Below, piece by piece: positions 50,899 to 62,524 of a stretch of DNA of 64,000 nt. Below the pieces are notes generated by a model that was given only the letters and a program-made list of their open reading frames with translations, did no database searches and was not told the origin of the DNA. Positions within the stretch are counted from its first letter, which is position 1. Every line of letters starts with the position of its first letter. The translations under genes and the position numbers were made by a program. The stretch is taken from the NCBI GenBank assembly GCA_022819855.1, contig JAJEGN010000012.1, positions 10,746 to 74,745 of the forward strand. Direction: 5' to 3'. Origin of the DNA: Gammaproteobacteria bacterium. GTDB lineage: Bacteria > Pseudomonadota > Gammaproteobacteria > Steroidobacterales > Rariloculaceae.

Positions 50899-52122
50899 AT
50901 GACATTTTCGATTGAACGATTCCGCGGAACAGCGCAGCTCCGTTCGCCCGGCCGCCTCAGCGCATATGTCTCTGCCGCGGTTCTGGCCCTGGCCGCAGCG
51001 GCTCAGGCGCAACCGCCCGGCCCGCCGGGCGAGACTTTCGAGGCGGTCACGTTTGTCGAGGGGCTCAGGAATCCCTGGAGCATGGCGTTTCTCCCGAACG
51101 GCGACATGCTCGTCACCGAACGAGGCGGAGATCTCAGAATCGTCAGGGACGGACAACTGCTGCCCGATCCCGTTCCGGGCGTACCTCCGGTGCGCGCGCA
51201 GGGCCAGGGCGGGCTGCAGGACGTGGTGCTGCATCCCGATTTCGAGTCCAATCAAATGATTTATCTGAGTTATTCGAAGCCGGACGCGGACGGTGCGCTC
51301 GGGACGACGGGATTGAGCCGGGCACGCTTCGAGGACGATCGCCTGATGGACGTCGAGGAGATTTTCGAAGCCGACGCGTGGGCTGGAACTCCGGGGCATT
51401 TCGGCGCCCGAATCGCATTCGACGATGAGGGCTATCTGTTCATGTCGGTCGGCGACCGCATGGCGGGACTCTCGATGCAAGGCATGGATCCGGACCTCGA
51501 GGGGCATCCATCCCAGAACAACGCCAATCACCAGGGCACGATCATTCGCCTCAACGACGATGGCAGCGTGCCCGACGACAATCCATTCGTCGGGCAGGAC
51601 GGAGTCAGGCCGGAGATCTACAGCTACGGGCACCGCAATCAGCAGGGACTGGCCTTTCATCCCGAAACCGGTGATCTGTGGTCGAACGAGCACGGCCCGC
51701 AGGGCGGCGACGAACTCAATCTGATTCGCCCGGGCGCCAACTACGGCTGGCCCGTCATCGGCTACGGCGCGAACTACGTGACCGGCACCGAGATACATGG
51801 CTCCCGGGACCAGGATGGGATGGAGCAGCCAGCGGCGTTCTGGGTGCCGTCGATCGGGATATCCGGGCTTGCCTTCTATGAGGGCGACGCGTTTCCGAAC
51901 TGGCGGGGCGACGCTTTCGTGGGCGGTCTGTCCGGCAATTATCAGCGCCTGGTCCGGGTTTCCCTGAACGGGCAGACGGTGGTCAACCGCGAGCCGCTCC
52001 TGGTCGGCGACTACCGGATCCGCGACGTGCGCGTGGGACCGGACGGCTTGCTGTACGTCGCGACCGACAACATTTTCAGCCAGCCGACCGCGATCGTCAG
52101 GCTGGAGCCGACAGAAGAGTGA
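50899..52122 (+). CDS. PQQ-dependent soluble sugar dehydrogenase (YliI/sorbosone dehydrogenase family), secreted
   Basis: A signal peptide is followed by GLRNPWSMAFLPNGDMLVTERGGDLRIV, GQGGLQDVVLHPDF, YSYGHRNQQGLAFHP, WSNEHGPQGGDELNLI.PG.NYGWP. Confidence 0.85.
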   Translation: MTFSIERFRGTAQLRSPGRLSAYVSAAVLALAAAAQAQPPGPPGETFEAVTFVEGLRNPWSMAFLPNGDMLVTERGGDLRIVRDGQLLPDPVPGVPPVRAQGQGGLQDVVLHPDFESNQMIYLSYSKPDADGALGTTGLSRARFEDDRLMDVEEIFEADAWAGTPGHFGARIAFDDEGYLFMSVGDRMAGLSMQGMDPDLEGHPSQNNANHQGTIIRLNDDGSVPDDNPFVGQDGVRPEIYSYGHRNQQGLAFHPETGDLWSNEHGPQGGDELNLIRPGANYGWPVIGYGANYVTGTEIHGSRDQDGMEQPAAFWVPSIGISGLAFYEGDAFPNWRGDAFVGGLSGNYQRLVRVSLNGQTVVNREPLLVGDYRIRDVRVGPDGLLYVATDNIFSQPTAIVRLEPTEE

Positions 52123-52242
52123 CACGGGCTGCGGGACTGCCCGCGAAAGCGAGCGGTACCGCAGCAGTCCGCTTTGTCCGCGACACGCGTTCGTCGCGGC
52201 AAAGCCGCCGAAATAACAGGTACTTATACGAAGATTCCGCTC

Positions 52243-52271
52243 TTGTAACAGCATACTCGCGGTCGTACAAT
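52243..52271 (+). promoter_or_regulatory. putative sigma70 promoter upstream of infC
   Basis: TTGTAA (52243-52248), a 17-nt spacer, then TACAAT (52266-52271), in an AT-richer intergenic stretch about 140 nt upstream of the infC start. Confidence 0.35.
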
Positions 52272-52411
52272 TGTCCGCCGGTCACGCTCGCGAGTGTGCG
52301 AGTGCCGATTTCAACGGCCGTTGGTGAGCCGGCGACGGAACAGAGCTTTTGTTTCGAGCCAGCGAACCGCGGCCTAAGTATTTGTCAGGATAGTTTCCTA
52401 AGGAGTGCAGG

Positions 52412-52930
52412 ATCGTTCGACCCAAGCGCATCAGACGCAATGACGAGATCATTGCGTTGCAAGTCCGGGTGATAGCCCTCAATGGCGAGCAAGTCGGCAT
52501 TTTGCCGATAGAGGAGGCGTTGGAAGCTGCGGCGAGTGAAGGGCTCGATCTGGTAGAGGTCGCGCCGAATTCGGAGCCACCGGTCTGCCGAATCATGGAC
52601 TATGGAAAGTTCGTGTTCGAGCAGAACAAGAAGGCTCAATCGGCGCGCCGGAAGCAGAAGCAGATTCACGTCAAGGAGATCAAGTTTCGGCCCGGCACGG
52701 AGGAGAGCGACTACCAGGTCAAGCTGCGCAACCTGATCCGGTTTCTGAAGCAGGGCGACAAGACGAAGGTCACCCTGCGCTTCCGCGGTCGGGAGATGGC
52801 GCACCAGGAACTGGGCCGGGAGCTTTTGAAGCGGGTCGAATCGGACCTCGACGAGTACGGAACGGTCGAACAGTACCCGCAGCTCGAAGGCCGGCAGATG
52901 GTCATGGTGCTGACGCCGCGCAAGCGCTAG
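52412..52930 (+). CDS. infC: translation initiation factor IF-3 (non-canonical ATC start inferred)
   Basis: The ORF-track entry starts at TTG 52457. However, in-frame upstream codons encode [15 protein letters not shown], collinear with the E. coli IF3 N-terminus (ARPNRINGEIRAQEVRL). The only plausible initiator is ATC at 52412, 6 nt after aaggag (52400-52405). The in-frame TAG is at 52391. Confidence 0.85.
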   Translation: MVRPKRIRRNDEIIALQVRVIALNGEQVGILPIEEALEAAASEGLDLVEVAPNSEPPVCRIMDYGKFVFEQNKKAQSARRKQKQIHVKEIKFRPGTEESDYQVKLRNLIRFLKQGDKTKVTLRFRGREMAHQELGRELLKRVESDLDEYGTVEQYPQLEGRQMVMVLTPRKR

Positions 52931-53017
52931 GCGCCGGACCTGTGAGACGCGGCACGGTTGGCCGCCTGGCAGATCCACGCAGGATCGACACGGGCTCAAG
53001 GCGCCGAGGAGATGAAG

Positions 53018-53215
53018 ATGCCGAAAATGAAGTCGAACCGCGGTGCCGCGAAGCGTTTCCGTGCGAAGAGCAACAGCAGCTTCAAGCGCAAGCAGTCGCA
53101 CATGTCTCACATACTGACGAAGAAGAGTTCGAAGCGGAAGCGGCAACTCGGAACGCCCGCGACGATCGCTGACGCCGACGTCAAGGCTGTCCGCAAGCTT
53201 TTACCGTATAGCTGA
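53018..53215 (+). CDS. rpmI: 50S ribosomal protein L35
   Basis: The ATG at 53018 gives [42 protein letters not shown]. The SD is ggagga. Confidence 0.9.
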   Translation: MPKMKSNRGAAKRFRAKSNSSFKRKQSHMSHILTKKSSKRKRQLGTPATIADADVKAVRKLLPYS

Positions 53216-53225
53216 GGTTGCCCAG

Positions 53226-54597
<1,372 letters not shown>

Positions 54598-54607
54598 GGA
54601 GAGTGCA

Positions 54608-57004
54608 TTGCGAGTCAATGTCCAATGGCTGCGGGACTGGGTCGATCTGGAAACGGACGCTCAGACGCTCGCCGACGAGCTCACCACGGCGGGACTCGAG
54701 GTCGATGCCGTGCTGCCGGTCGCAGGGCCGCTCGACGGCGTTGTCGCAAGCCGAATCGTCGAACTGGGCGCGCATCCGCAAGCCGACCGCCTGTCTGTTT
54801 GCGTCGTCGACGACGGCGAAGCCCGCCACGAGGTCGTGTGCGGCGCACCCAATGCCGCAGTCGGCCTGACCGTGCCGTACGCTCGCGTCGGAACGCGGCT
54901 GCCGGGCGGGCAGCTCGTCGAGGCGGCGGAATTCCGCGGCGTGATGTCCGACGGCATGCTGTGCTCGGGCAGGGAGCTCGAATTGTCCGACGATGCGAGC
55001 GGTCTCATGGTTCTCGATGCGCAGGCGCCGCCCGGAACGCCGCTCGCGGACTGGCTCGCGCTCGACGACGCGGTGCTCGACATCGATCTCACGCCGAATC
55101 GCGGTGACTGTTTCAGCGTCATCGGCGTGGCCCGCGAAATCGCGGCTTTCGGCAAACGTGAGATGCACGCGCCGGTGCTGGAACCGGTGCCGCCCCGGAT
55201 TGATGCGACGTTCAGCGTCGAACTCGAAAACGCGTCCGCATGCCCGCGCTTCGCCGGTCGGGTGATCCGTGGACTCGAAACCGGCGGCCGGTCGCCCGAC
55301 TGGATGCAGGAGCGTCTGCGACGCGCTGGATTGCGGCCGATCCACCCGGTCGTCGACGTCACCAACTATGTCATGCTGGAGCTCGGTCAACCGTTGCATG
55401 CCTACAGGCTCGACAAGCTCAGCGGCAGGATCATCGTCCGTTCCGCGAAATCCGGTGAGCCGCTCACGCTGCTCGACGGCAATGAAGTCGAGCTCGACGA
55501 AGGCACGCTGGTCATCGCCGACGAGTCCGGCGCGATCGGTCTGGCCGGCATCATGGGAGGTGCGGGCACGGGGGTCGATGAAAACACCGAGCACGTGTTT
55601 CTGGAATCGGCGTTTTTCGCACCCGAGGCCATCATTGGCCGGGCGCGCCGCCATGGCCTGCAGACCGATGCTTCGACGCGTTTCGAACGCGGCGTGGACC
55701 CGAGCGGTCAGGAGCGGGCGATCGAGAGGGCGACCGAATTGCTCGTGGCGATCTGCGGCGGCGAAGCAGGTCCGGTAAGCGTTGCCGAGTCCGTCCCCGA
55801 TGTACCGAAGCCGGCGCCGGTGCGCTTGAGACGCCGGCGACTGGAGATGCTGCTCGGCATGGAACTCGAACCTGCCGCGGTCGAAGCCGCATTGAGACGC
55901 CTGGAAATGGATCCGCGCCGGAACGACGACGGCTGGTCGGTCCGACCGCCGCCGTTTCGTTTCGACATCGCGATCGAGGAAGATCTTGTCGAGGAGGTCG
56001 GCCGGATGGTCGGCTACGACAACGTTCCGGCAAGGCCGGGAGCAAGCCCGACCCGCCTGGGTACGGCGACCGAAAAACACGTCGACGCAGATGCGGTTTC
56101 GGATCTGCTGGTCGCACGAGGGTATTCGGAAGTCATTACCTACTCGTTCATCGACGAACTGACGCAGCAGGAGGTCGACCCGGAAGGCGGTACGGTCCGG
56201 CTCGCCAATCCGATCGCAAGCGACATGAACGTGATGCGCAGCACCCTTTGGCCGGGCCTGCTTGACGTCGCCGCACGGAACATGGCCCGTCAGCAGCCGG
56301 GCCAGCGCGTTTTCGAGATCGGCGCGCGCTTCGCAGAGGCCGCAGACGGCATCAGGGAAACCGCCACGGTCGCGGGTCTTGCGCTCGGCCGCCACTGGCC
56401 CGAGCACTGGGACCTCGACGCGCGGGACGTCGACTTCTTCGACGTCAAGGCGGACGTCGAGGCGCTGCTGAAGCTGACGCGTCTAAACGCGCAATTCCGC
56501 ATCGAAGCCGATCGGAACCCGGCATTGCACCCCGGACAGTCGGCGAGAATCACCAGCCAGCACAGGACCGTAGGCTGGCTCGGCAGCCTGCATCCCGGGT
56601 TGCAGCAGCGTTTCGAATTGAGGAAACGCGCGATCCTGTTCTCGCTTGAACTTGACGCTCTGCTCGATGCCGATGTGCCGGTCTCGCGAGGGATTTCGAA
56701 ATTTCCCGCGGTGCGCAGGGATATCGCGGTCGTCGTCGACGAGGATTTAGCGGTGCAATCGCTCGTGGAACTCGTCCGCGCCAACGCCGGAGCCTCCCTC
56801 GAGTCGATGGTGGTCTTCGATCTCTACCGCGGCGAGGGCATTGGCGAGAACCGCAAGAGCATCGGCATGGGCTTGATTTTGCGAGACAAATCGCGCACTC
56901 TCACTGACGGGGATGCCGACAGGACAGTGCAATCCGTTGCGCGCAGTCTGGAGCAGGAGTTCGGGGCGAGAATCAGGACTCAACAGACAGACACGGGATC
57001 ATGA
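54608..57004 (+). CDS. pheT: phenylalanine--tRNA ligase beta subunit
   Basis: TTG start with a gaggag SD. The N-terminus is [14 protein letters not shown]. It has a tRNA-binding OB domain ([13 protein letters not shown]) plus B3/4, B5 and FDX-ACB domains. 798 aa. Confidence 0.9.
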   Translation: MRVNVQWLRDWVDLETDAQTLADELTTAGLEVDAVLPVAGPLDGVVASRIVELGAHPQADRLSVCVVDDGEARHEVVCGAPNAAVGLTVPYARVGTRLPGGQLVEAAEFRGVMSDGMLCSGRELELSDDASGLMVLDAQAPPGTPLADWLALDDAVLDIDLTPNRGDCFSVIGVAREIAAFGKREMHAPVLEPVPPRIDATFSVELENASACPRFAGRVIRGLETGGRSPDWMQERLRRAGLRPIHPVVDVTNYVMLELGQPLHAYRLDKLSGRIIVRSAKSGEPLTLLDGNEVELDEGTLVIADESGAIGLAGIMGGAGTGVDENTEHVFLESAFFAPEAIIGRARRHGLQTDASTRFERGVDPSGQERAIERATELLVAICGGEAGPVSVAESVPDVPKPAPVRLRRRRLEMLLGMELEPAAVEAALRRLEMDPRRNDDGWSVRPPPFRFDIAIEEDLVEEVGRMVGYDNVPARPGASPTRLGTATEKHVDADAVSDLLVARGYSEVITYSFIDELTQQEVDPEGGTVRLANPIASDMNVMRSTLWPGLLDVAARNMARQQPGQRVFEIGARFAEAADGIRETATVAGLALGRHWPEHWDLDARDVDFFDVKADVEALLKLTRLNAQFRIEADRNPALHPGQSARITSQHRTVGWLGSLHPGLQQRFELRKRAILFSLELDALLDADVPVSRGISKFPAVRRDIAVVVDEDLAVQSLVELVRANAGASLESMVVFDLYRGEGIGENRKSIGMGLILRDKSRTLTDGDADRTVQSVARSLEQEFGARIRTQQTDTGS

Positions 57005-57300
57005 CACTGACCAAAGCACACATGGCCGAATCGTTGTTCAACGAACTGGGGTTGAACAAGCGCGAAGCCCGGGAGCTTGTCGATTCGTTCTTTGAGGACC
57101 TGCGTGCGGCGCTGGCCTCGGGCGAACAGGTCAAGCTCTCCGGTTTCGGCAACTTCGACCTGCGGGACAAGAACCAGCGGCCGGGCAGAAACCCGAAGAC
57201 CGGCGAAGAGATCCCGATCAGCGCACGCCGCGTCGTCACGTTTCGGCCGGGCCAGAAGCTCAAGGCACGCGTGGAAGCCTATGCTGGAACCGGGGAATAA
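57001..57300 (+). CDS. ihfA: integration host factor subunit alpha
   Basis: Sequence [35 protein letters not shown]...[29 protein letters not shown]. It overlaps the pheT stop by 4 bp. Confidence 0.9.
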   Translation: MTLTKAHMAESLFNELGLNKREARELVDSFFEDLRAALASGEQVKLSGFGNFDLRDKNQRPGRNPKTGEEIPISARRVVTFRPGQKLKARVEAYAGTGE

Positions 57301-57637
57301 CAGCAAGCTGCCGCCGATACCGGGCAAGCGTTACTTCACGATCGGTGAAGTCAGCACGCTGTGCGGCGTCAAGCCGCACGTGCTGCGATACTGGGGCCAG
57401 GAGTTCCCGCAGATCAATCCTGTCAAGCGCCGCGGCAATCGCCGCTATTACCGGCCCCAGGACATCCTCATCATCCGCCAGATTCGAAGTCTGCTCTACG
57501 AGGAAGGGTTCACGATCGGCGGAGCCAGACAGCGGCTCGCGGGCAATGAAGCGCGCAGCGACGTGAGCCAGAGCCAGCAGATCATCCGGCAGATCCGCAC
57601 CGAACTCGAAGACATCCTGAAGATCGTCAGGCGCTGA
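57281..57637 (+). CDS. MerR-family transcriptional regulator (conserved ihfA-downstream type)
   Basis: The ATG at 57281 gives a protein with the HTH block [47 protein letters not shown]. It overlaps the ihfA 3' end by 20 nt. Confidence 0.8.
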   Translation: MLEPGNNSKLPPIPGKRYFTIGEVSTLCGVKPHVLRYWGQEFPQINPVKRRGNRRYYRPQDILIIRQIRSLLYEEGFTIGGARQRLAGNEARSDVSQSQQIIRQIRTELEDILKIVRR

Positions 57638-57687
57638 ATCCGGAACCTTCGTCCCGAGTCCATTTCCGCTAAACTGTCCGTTCGTGT

Positions 57688-57764
57688 CGGGGTGTGGCGC
57701 AGTCTGGTAGCGCACTTGCATGGGGCGCAAGAGGTCGCTGGTTCAAATCCAGTCGCCCCGACCA
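57688..57764 (+). tRNA. tRNA-Pro (anticodon GGG)
   Basis: Hand-folded 77-nt cloverleaf. The acceptor stem is cggggtg/cgccccg, the anticodon stem is cttgc/gcaag, the loop is atGGGgc, the T-loop is ttcaaat, and the CCA is encoded. Confidence 0.9.
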
Positions 57765-57867
57765 CCTGGATTCCGACTTGGGGCAGCTTGCTCCTTTCAC
57801 CGCTCGAGCCGGTTGTCTCACTCGGACAGCATCGGGATAATCGCGGCCCGGCTGGACGGACACGATC

Positions 57868-59556
57868 ATGAGCACTCACAGCAGTAACGGACACGATCCG
57901 AGGCGCTATTCCAAAGTCGTCGTCGACGGCGTCGCGCAGGCGCCGAGCCGGGCGATGCTCAGGGCCGTCGGCTTCAAGGACGAGGATTTCAGCAAGCCCC
58001 AGGTCGGCATCGCATCGACCTGGAGCATGGTTACGCCATGCAATATGCACATCGACGAGCTGGCGGGCGAGGCGGCCCGGGGGGCGGATTCAGCCGGCGG
58101 AAAGAGCGTCGTGTTCAATACGATCACGGTGTCAGACGGAATTTCGATGGGCACGCCGGGCATGCGCTACTCGCTCGTGTCGCGTGAAGTCATCGCCGAT
58201 TCGATCGAGGCGGTAGTCGCCGGCGAGGGTTTCGACGGGTTCGTCACGATCGGCGGCTGCGACAAGAACATGCCCGGCTGCGCCATGGCGATGGCGCGCC
58301 TCAACCGCCCTTCGGTGTTCGTTTACGGCGGTACCATCCAGCCCGGACCGGGCAACAGCGACGTCGTCACCGTGTTCGAAGCGGTCGGCCGGCACGCTGC
58401 GGGCACGATCGGCGACGAGGAATTGCGCGATGTCGAACGGACCGCGATACCCGGTCCGGGATCGTGCGCCGGTATGTACACCGCCAACACGATGGCCTCG
58501 GCGCTCGAAGCGCTGGGACTGAGCCTCGGCAACAGTTCGGCCCAGGAAGCCGTGTCGTCGGCGAAACGCAGCGATTCGCGCCGGGCGGGGGAGGCCGTGG
58601 TGCGACTGATCGAGGCCGGCATCAGGCCGTCGGACATCCTGTCGAAGGAAGCGTTCGAAAACGCGGTAACGACCGTGATCGCGCTTGGGGGTTCCACAAA
58701 CGCGGTGCTGCACCTGCTTGCCATCGCGCACGACGCGCGCGTCGACCTTTCGCTCGACGACTTCACGCGCATCGGTTCACGTGTGCCCGTGCTCGCCGAT
58801 CTCAGACCGAGCGGGCGCCACATGATGTCCGAACTCATCCGCATCGGCGGTATCCAGCCGCTCATGAGGACCTTGCTCGATGCGGGCTTCCTGCATGGGG
58901 ACTGTCTGACGGTCACCGGCAGCACGCTGGCCGAAAACCTGGCCTCCGTGCCTCCGTATCCCGACGATCAGGAGATCGTGCGCGACCTCGACAATCCGCT
59001 GAAGCCCGACAGTCACCTTGCCGTGCTGTACGGCAATCTCGCGCCGGAAGGCGCGGTCGCGAAGATCTCCGGGCGCGAAGGCACACGTTTCGAGGGCACG
59101 GCGCGCGTGTTTCACTCCGAGGAAGAGGCGCTGCGCGCAATCCTGGACGGCATCGTGACAGCCGGCGATGTTGTCGTGATTCGCTACGAAGGTCCGAAAG
59201 GCGCACCCGGAATGCGCGAGATGCTCAGTCCCACCGGCGCCATCATCGGACGAGGACTCGGCGACAAGGTCGCCCTGCTGACCGACGGCCGCTTCTCCGG
59301 CGGCAGTCACGGCTTTGTTGTCGGTCACATCACCCCTGAAGCCGCGGTCGGCGGTCCCTGCGCCATCGTCGAGGACGGCGACGGGATCGTCGTCGATGCC
59401 GACGCCATGACCATCGATCTCTTGCTGCCCCAGGATGAAATCGACCGGCGCCTGCGCAACTGGACGCCGCCGCGACCGAAGTCCGACCGCGGCCTGCTTG
59501 CCAAGTACGCGCGGCTCGTGAGCTCCGCTTCGCATGGAGCGGTTACCGACAGATAG
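57868..59556 (+). CDS. ilvD: dihydroxy-acid dehydratase
   Basis: Sequence [73 protein letters not shown]. Confidence 0.95.
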   Translation: MSTHSSNGHDPRRYSKVVVDGVAQAPSRAMLRAVGFKDEDFSKPQVGIASTWSMVTPCNMHIDELAGEAARGADSAGGKSVVFNTITVSDGISMGTPGMRYSLVSREVIADSIEAVVAGEGFDGFVTIGGCDKNMPGCAMAMARLNRPSVFVYGGTIQPGPGNSDVVTVFEAVGRHAAGTIGDEELRDVERTAIPGPGSCAGMYTANTMASALEALGLSLGNSSAQEAVSSAKRSDSRRAGEAVVRLIEAGIRPSDILSKEAFENAVTTVIALGGSTNAVLHLLAIAHDARVDLSLDDFTRIGSRVPVLADLRPSGRHMMSELIRIGGIQPLMRTLLDAGFLHGDCLTVTGSTLAENLASVPPYPDDQEIVRDLDNPLKPDSHLAVLYGNLAPEGAVAKISGREGTRFEGTARVFHSEEEALRAILDGIVTAGDVVVIRYEGPKGAPGMREMLSPTGAIIGRGLGDKVALLTDGRFSGGSHGFVVGHITPEAAVGGPCAIVEDGDGIVVDADAMTIDLLLPQDEIDRRLRNWTPPRPKSDRGLLAKYARLVSSASHGAVTDR

Positions 59557-59591
59557 GACCCTGCGCAGCAGGTTCCGGGGAGTACTCCCGA

Positions 59592-62219
59592 ATGAACATG
59601 TTGGTACACCGCTCGCCGGGATTCGAGCAGGCGGTGGAAACCCCGTATCCGGAATCGCCCTGGGTCGTCATGAAGTTCGGCGGCCGAAGCGTCGCGACGG
59701 CCGAAAACTGGCGGGTGATCGCAGGCCTCATCGAGGCGCGGCTCGCCGAATCCGTGACGCCGTTCGTCTGTCACTCGGCGCTCGTGGGCGTATCGAACGC
59801 ATTGATCGAATTGCTCGAAGCTGCGAGGTCCGGCGCGGACACGGGGATTCTCCTGGAGCGCCTTGTCACGCAGCACGCTGTGCTCGCCGCTGCGCTCAAC
59901 GTCGACATCGGGATCCTCGACGATCTGTTCGAGTCGCTGCGCGAACACGTCACGGGCGTCCGGCTTGCCGCAGACGTCGATTACCGTGTCCATGCGCAGG
60001 TGCTGGCAACGGGTGAACTTGCCGCGACGCGGCTCGGCGCAGCCTTTCTCGAGGCTCAGGGGCTGCCCGTGTACTGGACCGACGCGCGCGAACTCCTGAC
60101 CAGCGCTGCAAGCGATGCCGAGACTCAGCGTGCGCGCCGCTTGTCGGCGCGCTGCGAATACGATGCGGATACCGTTCTGCAGGAGCGCTTGAGCGAAGGC
60201 GGCGGCATCGTTCTGACCCAGGGGTTCATCGCAAGTGACTCCGAAGGCGAGACGGTCCTCCTCGGCCGCGGCGGATCAGATACCTCTGCGGCGTACTTTG
60301 CCGCCAAATTGCAGGCGCGCCGGCTGGAGATCTGGACCGACGTTCCGGGCTTCTTCAGCACGAATCCCCACAGCGTGCCCTCCGCGAGGTTGCTGCGCAG
60401 CCTGCATTACCGGGAAGCCCAGGAAATCGCGTCCGCGGGCGGCGGGATACTGCACCCGCGCAGCATCACGCCGGTGCGTCGTACCCGCATTCCGCTGTTC
60501 CTCAAGTGCACTGCACACCCGGAATGGGAAGGCACGGTCGTATCCGATGCGGTCGATGACGACACGCCGCAACTGAAAGCGATCGCACACCGCACCGGCA
60601 TCACCTTGATCTCCATGGAGTCGATGGAGATGTGGCAACAGGTCGGATTCCTTGCCGACATCTTCGAACGGTTCCGGCGACACGGCATCTCCGTGGACCT
60701 GATCTCGACATCGGAGGGCAACGTCACCGTCTCCATCGACATGATCGCCAACATCACCGACGACTCGGCGATCGCGAGCCTCGTCGAGGATCTCGAATCG
60801 CTGTGCCGCGTCACGGTCATTCGTGACTGCGCCGCGATCGCCCTGGTCGGACGGCGGATACGCACGATCCTGCACGATCTCGCGCCCGTGCTCGAAGTGT
60901 TCGAGGAACACAGAGTGCACCTCGTGACCCAGGCAGCCAACGACCTCAACCTGACGTTCGTCGTGAACTCCGAGCACGCCTACCGGCTCGTGCAACACCT
61001 TCACGACCTGCTCGTGGACAAGTTCGAGGGAGGCGTATTCGGACCGACCTGGATCCAGTTCAGCGGTGGACCGGAAGCGGACACCCGGCCGGAACCCTGG
61101 TGGCGTGCACGGCGCGATGAACTGCTGGAGATTGCCGGGCGGATGGGCACGGCCTACGTGTACGAGCGCGCAAGCATCGAGCGCGCGATCGAATCGCTGA
61201 CGGAGCTTGCGACCGTCGATTCGGTCTTCTATGCAATGAAGGCCAATGCACATCCGGAGGTGTTGTCGATCGTCCATGCGCTTGGCGTGAACTTCGAATG
61301 CGTATCGCCCGGCGAGATCGAGCATGTGCTCGAACTGTTTCCGGATCTCGACCGGCAGAGAATCCTGTTCACGCCGAACTTTGCCGAGCGGCGCGAGTAC
61401 CGTTGGGCGCTCGAACAGGGCGTCTGGCTCACGCTCGACAACCTGTTTCCGCTGCGTCACTGGGGTCGCTTGTTCGCGGGTCGGGAGGTGTTCGTCCGCA
61501 TCGATACCGGCCAGGGCAGGGGACATCACGAGCACGTGCGCACGGCCGGCGCGCACTCGAAATTCGGTGTGCCCCTGTTCGAGATCGATGAACTTGCCGA
61601 ACTCGTGGGGAACGCCAATGCACGCGTCGTCGGACTGCACGCGCATACGGGCAGCGGCGTGCTGAACCCCGACGCCTGGCTCGACACGGGGCGAACTCTG
61701 GCAACGCTCGTGAACACGTTTCCCGATGTCCGCTACGTTGACATCGGCGGTGGACTCGGCATCCCCGAAAAGCCCGGTCAGCGCCCGCTCGATCTCGGAG
61801 GACTCGACCGCGCGCTCGGCGAAGTCCGGTCCCTCTGCGGTGAGCGGCAGATCTGGCTTGAACCTGGACGCTTCGTCGTCGCGCAGGCGGGCGTGCTCCT
61901 GACTCGCGTCACGCAGACCAAGGGCAAGGGCAACGTGCAGTATGTCGGCGTCAACACCGGGATGAACTCGCTGATCCGCCCGGCGCTCTATGGCGCGTAC
62001 CACGACATCGTGAACCTGTCCCGTCTCGGCGAAGCGGCGTCTTCGCTCGTCACCGTGGTCGGGCCGATCTGCGAGACGGGCGATCGACTCGGTTCGGACC
62101 GTGTCATGCCGGCCGCAGAGGAGGGCGATGTGCTGCTGATCGCAAACGCCGGCGCCTACGGCCGCGTCATGAGCTCGAACTACAATCTGCGCCCGCCGGC
62201 GGGCGAGGTCGTCATCTAG
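59592..62219 (+). CDS. lysA: bifunctional aspartate kinase / diaminopimelate decarboxylase fusion
   Basis: The N-terminal ~450 aa form an amino-acid kinase fold (VVMKFGGRSV...GRGGSDTSAAYFA...EIWTDVPGFFSTNP) plus ACT-like regions. The C-terminal ~420 aa form a PLP DAP decarboxylase (YAMKANAHPEVL..., HAHTGSG, GGGLGIPE, EPGRFVVA, CETGD). It is a single uninterrupted 875-aa frame. Confidence 0.85.
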   Translation: MNMLVHRSPGFEQAVETPYPESPWVVMKFGGRSVATAENWRVIAGLIEARLAESVTPFVCHSALVGVSNALIELLEAARSGADTGILLERLVTQHAVLAAALNVDIGILDDLFESLREHVTGVRLAADVDYRVHAQVLATGELAATRLGAAFLEAQGLPVYWTDARELLTSAASDAETQRARRLSARCEYDADTVLQERLSEGGGIVLTQGFIASDSEGETVLLGRGGSDTSAAYFAAKLQARRLEIWTDVPGFFSTNPHSVPSARLLRSLHYREAQEIASAGGGILHPRSITPVRRTRIPLFLKCTAHPEWEGTVVSDAVDDDTPQLKAIAHRTGITLISMESMEMWQQVGFLADIFERFRRHGISVDLISTSEGNVTVSIDMIANITDDSAIASLVEDLESLCRVTVIRDCAAIALVGRRIRTILHDLAPVLEVFEEHRVHLVTQAANDLNLTFVVNSEHAYRLVQHLHDLLVDKFEGGVFGPTWIQFSGGPEADTRPEPWWRARRDELLEIAGRMGTAYVYERASIERAIESLTELATVDSVFYAMKANAHPEVLSIVHALGVNFECVSPGEIEHVLELFPDLDRQRILFTPNFAERREYRWALEQGVWLTLDNLFPLRHWGRLFAGREVFVRIDTGQGRGHHEHVRTAGAHSKFGVPLFEIDELAELVGNANARVVGLHAHTGSGVLNPDAWLDTGRTLATLVNTFPDVRYVDIGGGLGIPEKPGQRPLDLGGLDRALGEVRSLCGERQIWLEPGRFVVAQAGVLLTRVTQTKGKGNVQYVGVNTGMNSLIRPALYGAYHDIVNLSRLGEAASSLVTVVGPICETGDRLGSDRVMPAAEEGDVLLIANAGAYGRVMSSNYNLRPPAGEVVI

Positions 62220-62524
62220 CCTGAATCTCCGGACGTGCGCGCGTGGCGGCGTTCGAGTTCCTCGACGACTTCCGCCAGATCGATGCCGCGCTGCGACAGC
62301 AGCACGAGCAGGTGGTAGATCACGTCGGCGGCTTCGTCCGTCACGCGGCCATCGCTCTCGGCAACCGTCGCAAGGGCAAGCTCGACACTCTCCTCACCGA
62401 ACTTCTGCGCGACCTTGAGCGTCCCCATCGACACGAGCCTCGCCGTATAGCTGCCATCGATCGGGTTCTCGATGCGATCGACGATGATCGACTGCAGCGT
62501 TTCGAGAAAATCTGTCCTGCTCAA
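62216..62524 (-). CDS. hisE: phosphoribosyl-ATP pyrophosphatase
   Basis: 102 aa, with [28 protein letters not shown]...[23 protein letters not shown]. Confidence 0.85.
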   Translation of the reverse strand: MSRTDFLETLQSIIVDRIENPIDGSYTARLVSMGTLKVAQKFGEESVELALATVAESDGRVTDEAADVIYHLLVLLSQRGIDLAEVVEELERRHARTSGDSG

